Shown piece by piece: positions 57,501 through 64,000 of a stretch of DNA of 64,000 nucleotides. Source of the stretch: Candidatus Omnitrophota bacterium (GTDB taxonomy: Bacteria; Omnitrophota; Gorgyraeia; Gorgyraeales; Gorgyraeaceae); assembly GCA_018902915.1 (NCBI GenBank), contig JAHIPS010000016.1:4368-68367 (forward strand). Direction: 5' to 3'. Every line of letters begins with the position of its first letter. Position 1 is the first letter of the stretch. The notes beneath the pieces were generated by a model, which was given only the letters and a program-made list of their open reading frames with translations, was not told the DNA's origin and ran no database searches. The translations under genes and the position numbers were made by a program.

Positions 57501-59986
57501 TAAATAGTTTACAAGAGGCGTTTTCAAAATACGGTATGCCTGCTTATGAATACCCTAACTTTAAAAAAGTGTTGTTAATTGCTCCGTGCGGAAACTACGA
57601 TGGAACACCATTAAAAACAGTCGTTCCACACCTAGGCCTGGAAAGAATAGCACATTATGTTTTGAGAAGCGCTCCTGATGTAGACTGTAGGGTGTTTAAT
57701 CCTAATATAGTTGGGCGCGATAGGTTAAAAAAAGTGATTGAAGATGAATTTTTTGACGTAGTGGGGTTTAGTTTTCTTCCAGTTACGCTTAAAAACGATT
57801 CCCCTATGATCGATCTTGTAGCCAAGGAGTCACCAAACTCTATCTTAATAGCTGGCGGGATTAATATCAGAAAATTGCCTCACCAAGAAATCTTTGGAAT
57901 AATTCCGCTTGATGTCTTTATAGCTGGTCCTGGAGAGGCGACCTTTTGTAAAATTTTGGAGCAATTGCCACCCTCTGCTTCTGGCAAAAAAAAGAGCGTA
58001 AAAATCAAAAAACTTGAAGAAATTGCCAATCTTTATATTTATAATGAAAATCGGCTCAGCGCTACTAAACAACATCCCTTCCATTTTGTACAAATAGAAG
58101 AAAGCGAGCTACGAAGAGATATTGCTTACACAACCCCTGATCTGATTCATGGAGTAACATACGAAGTTGCAACCCAAGACACTCACAGCGAAATTTTACC
58201 TTTTGATATGGTAGGAACTAGGCGTTTATATCTTAAGAGCACAGATAGATGCAAAGCAAATTGCATTTTTTGCTCTGCGCCTAAAGAAAAAAACGAATCT
58301 GAGAGCATGGATACTTTGATAGAAGCTATGAGGAATGTCAGAGGAGAATATGATAGTGTGCATTTTTCTGACAATGACTTTCTGGTTGACCACGCAACAG
58401 TAAGAGACCTTTGCTATAAGATTATCGAGGCGGGATTAGAAAAGATTCCCAAAGTATGCAAATCACGCACTGATGAAGTAAATCCAGAAATATTAACACT
58501 CTTAGCGAAGTCTGGCTTTAGAATAGTGACCTATGGAGTAGAATCATTTGATAATAGCGTCCTTCGCAGGATGAGAAAAGGAACGACGCAGGAGCAAAAC
58601 GAAAAAGCTTTAAATATGACTCTAATGGCCGGGATTAAGCCTGGGATGGACATGATTTTCTTTTCTCCTTGGGAGACCAAAGAGACGCTTCTTCATTCGG
58701 TTGAGAAAGCTGTAGAATATATAGAGAAAGGAGCTTATCTTAATTGCACAACCGCCATGCACACTCAACTTGGCGATAAATTTAGTTCTGAAGGAAAAAA
58801 ACAGCAAATTCGCTACCAAGAGATTGATTTTACAAGCACAGGAAAAACTTTTCTTAATCCGGAGCGCATAATTCTATCCGCAGATATGGAAGATTTGAGA
58901 AAAAGAGTTTTGGATAGGCGTGCAATACTTGAAGAGTTAGCTAAGAAGAAATATGCAGCTACACACGGAAAATATGTCTCCTTTTCAACTTTATCGCTAC
59001 TTTTTTGCAAGGCTTTTTACGAAGTTCTCTTAGACGAGGATGTTGAAAAAAAAATAGAGAAAGAGTATAAAGTAAAGATAGACCAAATTAATACATTAAT
59101 AGACAGGACAATTACATTAGAAAGCCAAAGAATAGTAATCTTGCCCAAAGCCTCTTCCGGTGCTTCTACTTCTGCAATAATTCACAACATTTCAATAAAT
59201 TCTCAAGAAATACCGAATATTGATAGCAGAAAAGATGCTTATAATGCGTGGCGTAGAAAAGTCCGTGATCGTGAAATGTTTAGCGAAGCTGAGCTTAAAA
59301 GAAAGAAGGTTTTTTATCGTTATGGAAAAAAAGCCAGTGATAGATTACCCTCGGGAGAGGGGCATTATGGTATGGCTGCTGCCCTTTTTTTAAAGCCTGC
59401 TGGAGCATTAAAAGATAACATTAATATTATTTACGACGCCTTTAGAGGAACGCAAGCATATAGAAATAATAAATTGAGACTGTACAATTACGATAGTATT
59501 CATCACTCCTTAAATATATACGCCAGATTTGAAGACAAGCCGATTGCAGAAGACTTACAGCTTAAACATATGTTGAATTTGCAAGAATCTATCAAAGGCA
59601 CCTCGAGCTTCTTAATATATTTCGAAGGGGTTAACTGGAATAGCAATGACCATAAATTTGCCTTGCAGGCTTATCCTGGAAAACAGTTTTTGGATATAGA
59701 AAGTAAACTAAGAAGAGAAAATTATGATCGTATTGAATTTTCATTTGCTACAATTGTTGGAGAGTTAACACAACAAGAGCTGGATGAATTATTATCTTTA
59801 GTTAATATGTATGCTGAATTACCCATTGGTCTTAAAGCAGTAAAAGAAGTGAGTTTAGTACATGCCAAGGATGAGATGCTTGCAGATTCTATCTTTGTTA
59901 AAGATGTTGCTTTGCAACATACCGAAGCAATTAAAGTTATAGATATAGATCGGATGAACCGAATTATTATAGAAACTGGATTGTAA
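54557..59986 (+). CDS. 1,809-aa multidomain protein: N-terminal signal/anchor, class-I SAM methyltransferase, two tandem B12-binding-type radical SAM modules, unassigned C-terminal region
   Basis: VLDVGCGNGDY (55076-55108). HVIGFS..ISGGNEAS..YGLGEPVL then CPYNCAFC (56333-56356). DVVGFS..IAGGIN..AGPGEATF then CKANCIFC (58250-58273). I recognise no motif in the last ~330-400 aa. Confidence 0.75.
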   Translation: MLKFKKHNKFKIASLSFIASASLLFTNALCSYPAPEDLLRMPAGDEETYQRLLHGQMNNPHLSANKSKDLTRESETIRKIGLDLALIQRMKSKQRNSLIAAFEKAERASKDSSDNELTEEDIEFFKVYGELFNEEYFEKGTISSYKNYGTFPGLIEPRIETIIKELGLKAGDRVLDVGCGNGDYVKLLRLSGIDAKGIEISTYVLGKADKDTRKHLFLLDQLDLFDEFESKSFDLILLKDILEHIPEEVLPRFLSTIKKLGKKALITVPLADNEGRFLNPDDNQDLTHVVRRGRNWWLESLNSDCEDTDNINLAFKKEKADGTLCVIASLESKESIDRGADSTLFNTTGPIKIALMGTAMIRAEPIKKSDYYKSKIQKKFLEPPIGVYRLQHFLQEMFADQIEEGKLIIDVFDPSFLSATDSLPSFFSKVRSEGYHVIGFSPIRVLLGEDLFFMSRVYKEALGSGVRPLFISGGNEASINSQVLFDTMPWMDFCIYGLGEPVLQNILNEVFSSPAKQFTRKNFYNVPGLIYYKDSKLFRNPYKASHEEIKHLSNYTPLNIPYQDYWALANTSVGKIKGLRHTNVIRIFMSNYCPYNCAFCSDHAIGRAVFGRDIAPVTAAEFGTIIKTLYQKKGVEGIYFNDDDMFVDRKRARETLKEIIRMKENGEIPANMKFYGQTRVDRITEELLDLARKARFVYLGFGVESFSDESLSAPDMNKGYKAKIAFDNVKRSLEKRIPITNINLLLFHPTISRASFITTTEKTVELLHESSKHRAKLSVNSFPVIESYVGAPINELAKAKGWPLEKESITHNGKTWEYTVNYLPVDKEMRSVVENQRLLKEFQGVMKRLAEDKRWPGTTVSRSIGVNGLAMFMAAYRILGINNRESSVSIEDMEELIWKLIETFHYVEETAKILSTQNANIVFTQYNQKFIFRRGSMPLSEIPSFVTAALGEKCPRETLISFRNANYLDIEQALQGVLSGEVNSLQEAFSKYGMPAYEYPNFKKVLLIAPCGNYDGTPLKTVVPHLGLERIAHYVLRSAPDVDCRVFNPNIVGRDRLKKVIEDEFFDVVGFSFLPVTLKNDSPMIDLVAKESPNSILIAGGINIRKLPHQEIFGIIPLDVFIAGPGEATFCKILEQLPPSASGKKKSVKIKKLEEIANLYIYNENRLSATKQHPFHFVQIEESELRRDIAYTTPDLIHGVTYEVATQDTHSEILPFDMVGTRRLYLKSTDRCKANCIFCSAPKEKNESESMDTLIEAMRNVRGEYDSVHFSDNDFLVDHATVRDLCYKIIEAGLEKIPKVCKSRTDEVNPEILTLLAKSGFRIVTYGVESFDNSVLRRMRKGTTQEQNEKALNMTLMAGIKPGMDMIFFSPWETKETLLHSVEKAVEYIEKGAYLNCTTAMHTQLGDKFSSEGKKQQIRYQEIDFTSTGKTFLNPERIILSADMEDLRKRVLDRRAILEELAKKKYAATHGKYVSFSTLSLLFCKAFYEVLLDEDVEKKIEKEYKVKIDQINTLIDRTITLESQRIVILPKASSGASTSAIIHNISINSQEIPNIDSRKDAYNAWRRKVRDREMFSEAELKRKKVFYRYGKKASDRLPSGEGHYGMAAALFLKPAGALKDNINIIYDAFRGTQAYRNNKLRLYNYDSIHHSLNIYARFEDKPIAEDLQLKHMLNLQESIKGTSSFLIYFEGVNWNSNDHKFALQAYPGKQFLDIESKLRRENYDRIEFSFATIVGELTQQELDELLSLVNMYAELPIGLKAVKEVSLVHAKDEMLADSIFVKDVALQHTEAIKVIDIDRMNRIIIETGL

Positions 59987-60167
59987 CTAATCTTCTGGTG
60001 CCCAAACAGGTGCCCAACCAAAGAGAATATAGAGTCAACAAAAGTAAACAAAAGTGAACTATATAGAAAGTCTAACCCCTTATCAAATATAGACTTAACT
60101 CCATAACTCCTTAAATCCCAATAAGTTATAAAAATCCCCTTAAAAGAATCCATCCCTCTCCGCCACG

Positions 60168-60203
60168 TGTCATTACGAGGGCATGAAATGCCCGAAGCAA
60201 TCC
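60168..60203. repeat. short hairpin element family 3, copy 2
   Basis: tGTCATtaCGAG-ggcatgaaatgccc-GAAGCAAtccc. Confidence 0.6.
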
Positions 60204-60305
60204 CACACCTGCCCCTAAAACTTAGAATAAAACTTACTATGTTACCCTACCAACTGGTAGATTATCGAACCTAACAATTTAACAACAAATAAGCTGTTAA
60301 AATAC

Positions 60306-60334
60306 TTGACAGCTGTAAATCTTTACAGTATACT
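60306..60334 (+). promoter_or_regulatory. lexA promoter with embedded SOS box
   Basis: TTGACA (60306-11), 17-nt spacer containing CTGTaaatctttACAG (60313-60328, CTGT-N8-ACAG), -10 TATACT (60329-34). The ATG lies 7 nt downstream. Confidence 0.7.
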
Positions 60335-60341
60335 TAAGGGT

Positions 60342-60977
60342 ATGCAAAGCAGGGTTCTTACAAAGCGCCAGACTCAGATATTCGACTTTATTTTATCCAA
60401 TATAGATAAATTTGGATACCCGCCTTCTATCCCAGAGGTCCAGAAAAGATTTTCTTTTAAATCTCCAAATGCTGTTCAATCTCACTTTGATGCCCTTGAG
60501 CGCAAAGGTTATGTTTCCCGCAGGCCCCATAAATCAAGAGGCATCGAGGTATTAGTTCACACTACACAAAAAGAAAATAATAATAGTACTACAATACCAA
60601 TACTAGGAAATATATCGGCAGGAAATCCTATCCTTGCACAGGAGAATATTGAAGGAGAGCTTGTTGTTGACAAGTCTTTAGCAAAGAACCCCGCAGGAGT
60701 TTTTGTATTAAAAGTCAAAGGGGACAGCATGATCGAAGCCGGCATATTGGAGGGAGATCATGTGGTGGTCAGGCAACAGCAAAGCGCAGAAGAAGGAGAT
60801 ATAATAGCCGCACTTATTGAAGATGAGGCAACTGTTAAAAAATTCTATAAAGATAAAAGCGCCAATAGAATAGTTTTACAGCCGGCAAATAAAAATATGG
60901 AGCCAATATATGTTGACTTATCGTATAATAATTTTATGATATTAGGAAAGGTAACAGGAGTTATTAGAAAAATATAG
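60342..60977 (+). CDS. lexA: LexA repressor (S24 peptidase)
   Basis: MQSRVLTKRQTQIFDFI..GYPPSIPEV wHTH. Ala-Gly cleavage site in GNISAGNPILAQENIEG. KGDSMIEAGI (Ser) and ATVKKF (Lys) catalytic dyad. Confidence 0.9.
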   Translation: MQSRVLTKRQTQIFDFILSNIDKFGYPPSIPEVQKRFSFKSPNAVQSHFDALERKGYVSRRPHKSRGIEVLVHTTQKENNNSTTIPILGNISAGNPILAQENIEGELVVDKSLAKNPAGVFVLKVKGDSMIEAGILEGDHVVVRQQQSAEEGDIIAALIEDEATVKKFYKDKSANRIVLQPANKNMEPIYVDLSYNNFMILGKVTGVIRKI

Positions 60978-60988
60978 GAGAATTAAAT

Positions 60989-62188
60989 ATGCCAGTTTCA
61001 GTTTATCAAATAATCAAAGAGCGGTTAAAGAATGATTGTCTATTAAAAGAGGGACAGGAGCAGTTAACCCTTTTTGATATTTTTAATTTGCCTACACTAG
61101 AACGCCCCCCGGTTATTTATCCCATAACTATATTAAAAAGGCAATCTCTTAGAAAAGCTGGTGATAGGCAAGAGTTACTGCAAATCCAGAGCAGAAGATA
61201 CATGGGCAATAAATTTAAATTATCAAGCTTTATAAGGGAAATCATTGACAGGGAATGCGAAGAATCCAGCAGTATTTGTGACATATTTGCTGGGACCGGT
61301 GTGGTGGGGAATGGATTCAATAAAAATGGCAGAAAAATAATAAGCAATGAGCTACTCTATAGCAATTATGTTTCTCTTTATGCATGGCTTTCTCCTGAGC
61401 AGTTTGATATGGGGAAGATAGCAGACTATATCCGGATGTTAAACGAAATCAATTCTGTTAAGGAAAATTATGTCTCACAGAATTTTGGAGGCACGTATTT
61501 TACGATTGAGAATGCGAAAAAGATAGGGGCTATAAGGGAAAAGATAGAAGAATTGGAAGTAAATTTTAAAGAAAAATGCATTCTTTTAACTTCTTTACTT
61601 TACGCAATGGATAAGGTTGCTAATACATGCGGTCACTACGATGCATTTAGGAGAACCTTAGATACAGTTACGCCAATAAAATTATTGATTCCGGATGTAC
61701 AACAGGACAAAAACAGCCAAAATGAGATATATAACGAAGATGCAAATCAGCTTGTACGTAAGATAAAGATGGATGTGCTTTATATAGATCCTCCTTATAA
61801 TTCCAGGCATTATTGTGACAGCTATCATTTATTAGAGAATATTATAACATGGAAAAAACCAGAGGCATTCGGAGTAGCCAAGAAGATGGTGCGCAGCGAC
61901 TTGAAGAGTCAATATTGCCTGAAAACAGCACCGAGGGTTTTTGACGATCTAATAAGAAATGCTAACTGCAGGTATATACTAGTTTCCTATAATAACATGG
62001 CAGGCAAGGGAAACAATCGTTCGAATGCCCGAATAAAAGATGAGGCAATGATCAGCAGTCTTTCCAAAAGAGGCAGGGTTAAAATCTTTGAAACTGGGTT
62101 CAAAAGTTTTACAACAGGAAAAAGCAAAATAGAAAACCATACAGAAAGAATATTTTTCTGTGAAGTATTAAGAAGTATTAAAGGGTGA
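60989..62188 (+). CDS. D12-class N6-adenine DNA methyltransferase (R-M modification subunit)
   Basis: 399 aa; RRYMGNKFKL, FAGTGVVG (motif I), LYIDPPYNSRHY (motif IV DPPY). AGGAG SD overlaps the lexA stop, with an 11-nt gap. Confidence 0.85.
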   Translation: MPVSVYQIIKERLKNDCLLKEGQEQLTLFDIFNLPTLERPPVIYPITILKRQSLRKAGDRQELLQIQSRRYMGNKFKLSSFIREIIDRECEESSSICDIFAGTGVVGNGFNKNGRKIISNELLYSNYVSLYAWLSPEQFDMGKIADYIRMLNEINSVKENYVSQNFGGTYFTIENAKKIGAIREKIEELEVNFKEKCILLTSLLYAMDKVANTCGHYDAFRRTLDTVTPIKLLIPDVQQDKNSQNEIYNEDANQLVRKIKMDVLYIDPPYNSRHYCDSYHLLENIITWKKPEAFGVAKKMVRSDLKSQYCLKTAPRVFDDLIRNANCRYILVSYNNMAGKGNNRSNARIKDEAMISSLSKRGRVKIFETGFKSFTTGKSKIENHTERIFFCEVLRSIKG

Positions 62189-62194
62189 AGTTTA

Positions 62195-64000
62195 ATGGCG
62201 CACGTTCAATGGTGTGTAGGCAATACTACATTAAGAGAAGCAGCGCGGCTTAAAGACGGCTTAAAGGTTCTTAAAGAACATTTTGATGGCGAACCCTGGA
62301 CATATGAAAATCAAAAGAGATTTTTGGAACTCTTACAGCAAGAAGGTATCTATGGACCAGCAGAAGCAAAAAGCAGTAAACAAATAGAACAACACGGAAG
62401 GATTTGGAGTTCGGCTTTTAATGAATTAGGATTTGCCACTTGTTATAAGAAAGGAAATAAATATGTACCAAGTGGTGCAAGGATCACCAAGGCAGGAGAG
62501 GCATTACTTTCTGATAATTATGTAGAAGAAGATGTATGGCTGCGCCAGCTTTTAAAAGTTCAATTTCCCAATTCTCTCCCTCAGAAATCAGAGAATCAAT
62601 ATCCCGGATTTAATTTATTGCCATTTCAGGCGGCACTTAGAATTATTAAACAATGTGATGGTGTTTCAAAAGATGAAGGGTTTATTGTAAATACTTTAAA
62701 GGCGATGGGTGATGTTAATAAAGCAGTCGGGTCTATTCAAAGATATAGAAAAGGATTAGATTTGGCGCGCGAAGAAGGTAGGGATGCTATTAGAAAATAT
62801 GTTATTCAGCAACAGTGTGATATGGCAAAGGGTCTTTATAGGGATGAAGTCGATGAACGCCTAAAATACATAAGAAGCTATTATAAAAGCAAGAGCCGCG
62901 CTAAAGATGGAAGATTGCTGTATGCGATAGTTAAAGGCGGCAAAGGATCAAGAACTTCTGAAGCAATTAGATTGGCAGGCGACCTCAAAGATTTAAAGAA
63001 AAAAGGTGCTCCTTCAAAAGAAATGGAAGGGCGCTTCCTTTCTTATTTTCTTATCTTGAAGTCCAACGCGTGGCGAGATTATATTGATGCGACTGCAAGA
63101 TATTTCAGGATGGGCGGCATATTGACGATTCGCCGTTCAAGGATAAATATAGCCGAGACTCATAGAGATATAGCGGATTGGATACTTTCGCAAGATTGGG
63201 TAATAAAGAAAAATGGCGACTATCTTGAGTATTTACACGATCATGCTTTACCAGTACTTCCTCAAGATAAAATAGACTACCTTAGGGGTAAAACAGATAG
63301 AGTTCTTGATGAGGTAATGCAACTTTCAAAATCGACCGCAATAAAAGTGGAACCAAAAATAGTAAAAATAGATAAAGAAATTGCGGATCCTCTGCTATTA
63401 AGAAAACAACTGCTCAACTTAACTGAAACAAAACGAGAATTAAAAGAATATGAATACATGTTATCGTTGCATCGGGGAAAAGATACCGTAGATAAGATCG
63501 TAGATTATTTCGATTCTATCAATCGCAAGGATATTTTAGGTTATAGGCCTACACATTTTGAATGGAATGTATGGCGTGGTTTTCTAGCTATAGATAAACT
63601 GCTAAAGTTACCACACGAATGCAGAAATTTCGACATCGATGATGATCTTCAGCCAAGAAATTTTGCGCCAGGCGGCAAACCCGATATGGTATTTTACTAT
63701 AAAGATTATGTGTTGGTGGTTGAAGTTACGCTTTCAGTGGGAGAGACACAATATAATACCGAACATGAACCTGTACCTCGACATGTTGTAAGGGTTATAG
63801 AGCAAGAGAAAAGTAAAGATGTCTATTCTTTATTCATCGCCCCTAAAATACACATCAATACGGCTATTCATTTCTACGCAAAGATGACATCAGCCCCACA
63901 TGTTAACTCGAACGGCGAAAAACTTTATCCTAAAATCATCCCTTTAACCTTAGATGATTATATATTACTGCTTAAGATATTTCAGGAGAAGAGATATTTA
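62195..64000 (+). CDS. AlwI-family (Type IIS/nicking-type) restriction endonuclease; 3' end runs off the window
   Basis: Not in the ORF track (open to the edge). Own translation: MAHVQWCVGNTTLREAARLKDGLKVL..ATARYFRMGGILTIRR..FEWNVWRGFLAI..DLQPRNFAPGGKPDMVFYYKDYVLVVEVTLSVGETQYNTEHEPVPRHV..YSLFIAPKI. This closely parallels N.BstNBI/AlwI-family blocks as I recall them. Confidence 0.8.
   Translation, partial: MAHVQWCVGNTTLREAARLKDGLKVLKEHFDGEPWTYENQKRFLELLQQEGIYGPAEAKSSKQIEQHGRIWSSAFNELGFATCYKKGNKYVPSGARITKAGEALLSDNYVEEDVWLRQLLKVQFPNSLPQKSENQYPGFNLLPFQAALRIIKQCDGVSKDEGFIVNTLKAMGDVNKAVGSIQRYRKGLDLAREEGRDAIRKYVIQQQCDMAKGLYRDEVDERLKYIRSYYKSKSRAKDGRLLYAIVKGGKGSRTSEAIRLAGDLKDLKKKGAPSKEMEGRFLSYFLILKSNAWRDYIDATARYFRMGGILTIRRSRINIAETHRDIADWILSQDWVIKKNGDYLEYLHDHALPVLPQDKIDYLRGKTDRVLDEVMQLSKSTAIKVEPKIVKIDKEIADPLLLRKQLLNLTETKRELKEYEYMLSLHRGKDTVDKIVDYFDSINRKDILGYRPTHFEWNVWRGFLAIDKLLKLPHECRNFDIDDDLQPRNFAPGGKPDMVFYYKDYVLVVEVTLSVGETQYNTEHEPVPRHVVRVIEQEKSKDVYSLFIAPKIHINTAIHFYAKMTSAPHVNSNGEKLYPKIIPLTLDDYILLLKIFQEKRYL

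Noticed and set aside
59500-59800. HHSL in the giant protein's C-terminus, considered as a 2H-phosphoesterase HxT/Sx motif
   Set aside because: The required second HxT/Sx motif ~80 aa downstream is absent (FATI has no His). A single tetrapeptide is not evidence.
59987-60165. Direct repeat ggtgcccaa(a/c)c x2 and a frame reading ..LVPKQVPNQREYRVNK.., considered as the 3' remnant of an integrase gene
   Set aside because: It is only a vague resemblance to repetitive integrase C-termini. There are no catalytic-domain motifs (R..HxxR..Y) in any frame, so it cannot be supported.

Overview
Low-GC bacterial chromosome segment centred on the replication-origin neighbourhood. Gene orientation flips at about 41.6-41.9 kb: yidC-yidD-rnpA-rpmH on the minus strand face dnaA-dnaN-DUF721-gyrB-gyrA on the plus strand. 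The left 41 kb is housekeeping and almost all minus strand. It holds otsA (partial, missing from the ORF track), mscS, rsmI, glmS, nnrE, a spermidine-synthase-like membrane protein, an AmmeMemoRadiSam trio and lgt. It also holds a sulfur/redox cluster (rex, nifU-like, COG1900 homocysteine enzyme, cysK, Rrf2, PP-loop ATPase), rarA, pheST, trkAH, thrS-infC-rpmI-rplT, three tRNAs, separate coaC/coaB, rpoZ-gmk-yicC-ndk and parAB.

Unusual content:
(1) Four LAGLIDADG-containing inteins sit in three essential genes (glmS x1, gyrB x1, gyrA x2), and a free-standing HEN-like gene lies beside the tRNA cluster.
(2) There are several families of short palindromic elements. One is a 60-bp palindrome inserted in frame in two unrelated genes. 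Another brackets a small secreted-protein gene wedged between pheS and pheT.
(3) coaC and coaB are separated by an HTH-HATPase-STAS gene that has its own operator-flanked promoter.
(4) A promoter-driven rod-like RNA of about 190 nt (6S-like?) lies upstream of rarA.
(5) Downstream of tRNA-Glu (53.85 kb) lies a visibly AT-richer accessory region. It contains decayed phage-like ORFs and a 1,809-aa fusion protein (class-I methyltransferase, two B12-type radical-SAM modules and an unassigned C-terminus). It also contains a lexA gene with a perfect SOS box that appears to be co-transcribed with a D12-class adenine methylase and an AlwI-family restriction enzyme.

The giant fusion protein and the lexA-R-M arrangement are my best candidates for undescribed biology. 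No rRNA or CRISPR array was seen. The taxon cannot be established from the sequence. The DUF1559-type pilin and the intein/HEN load only suggest an uncultivated lineage.
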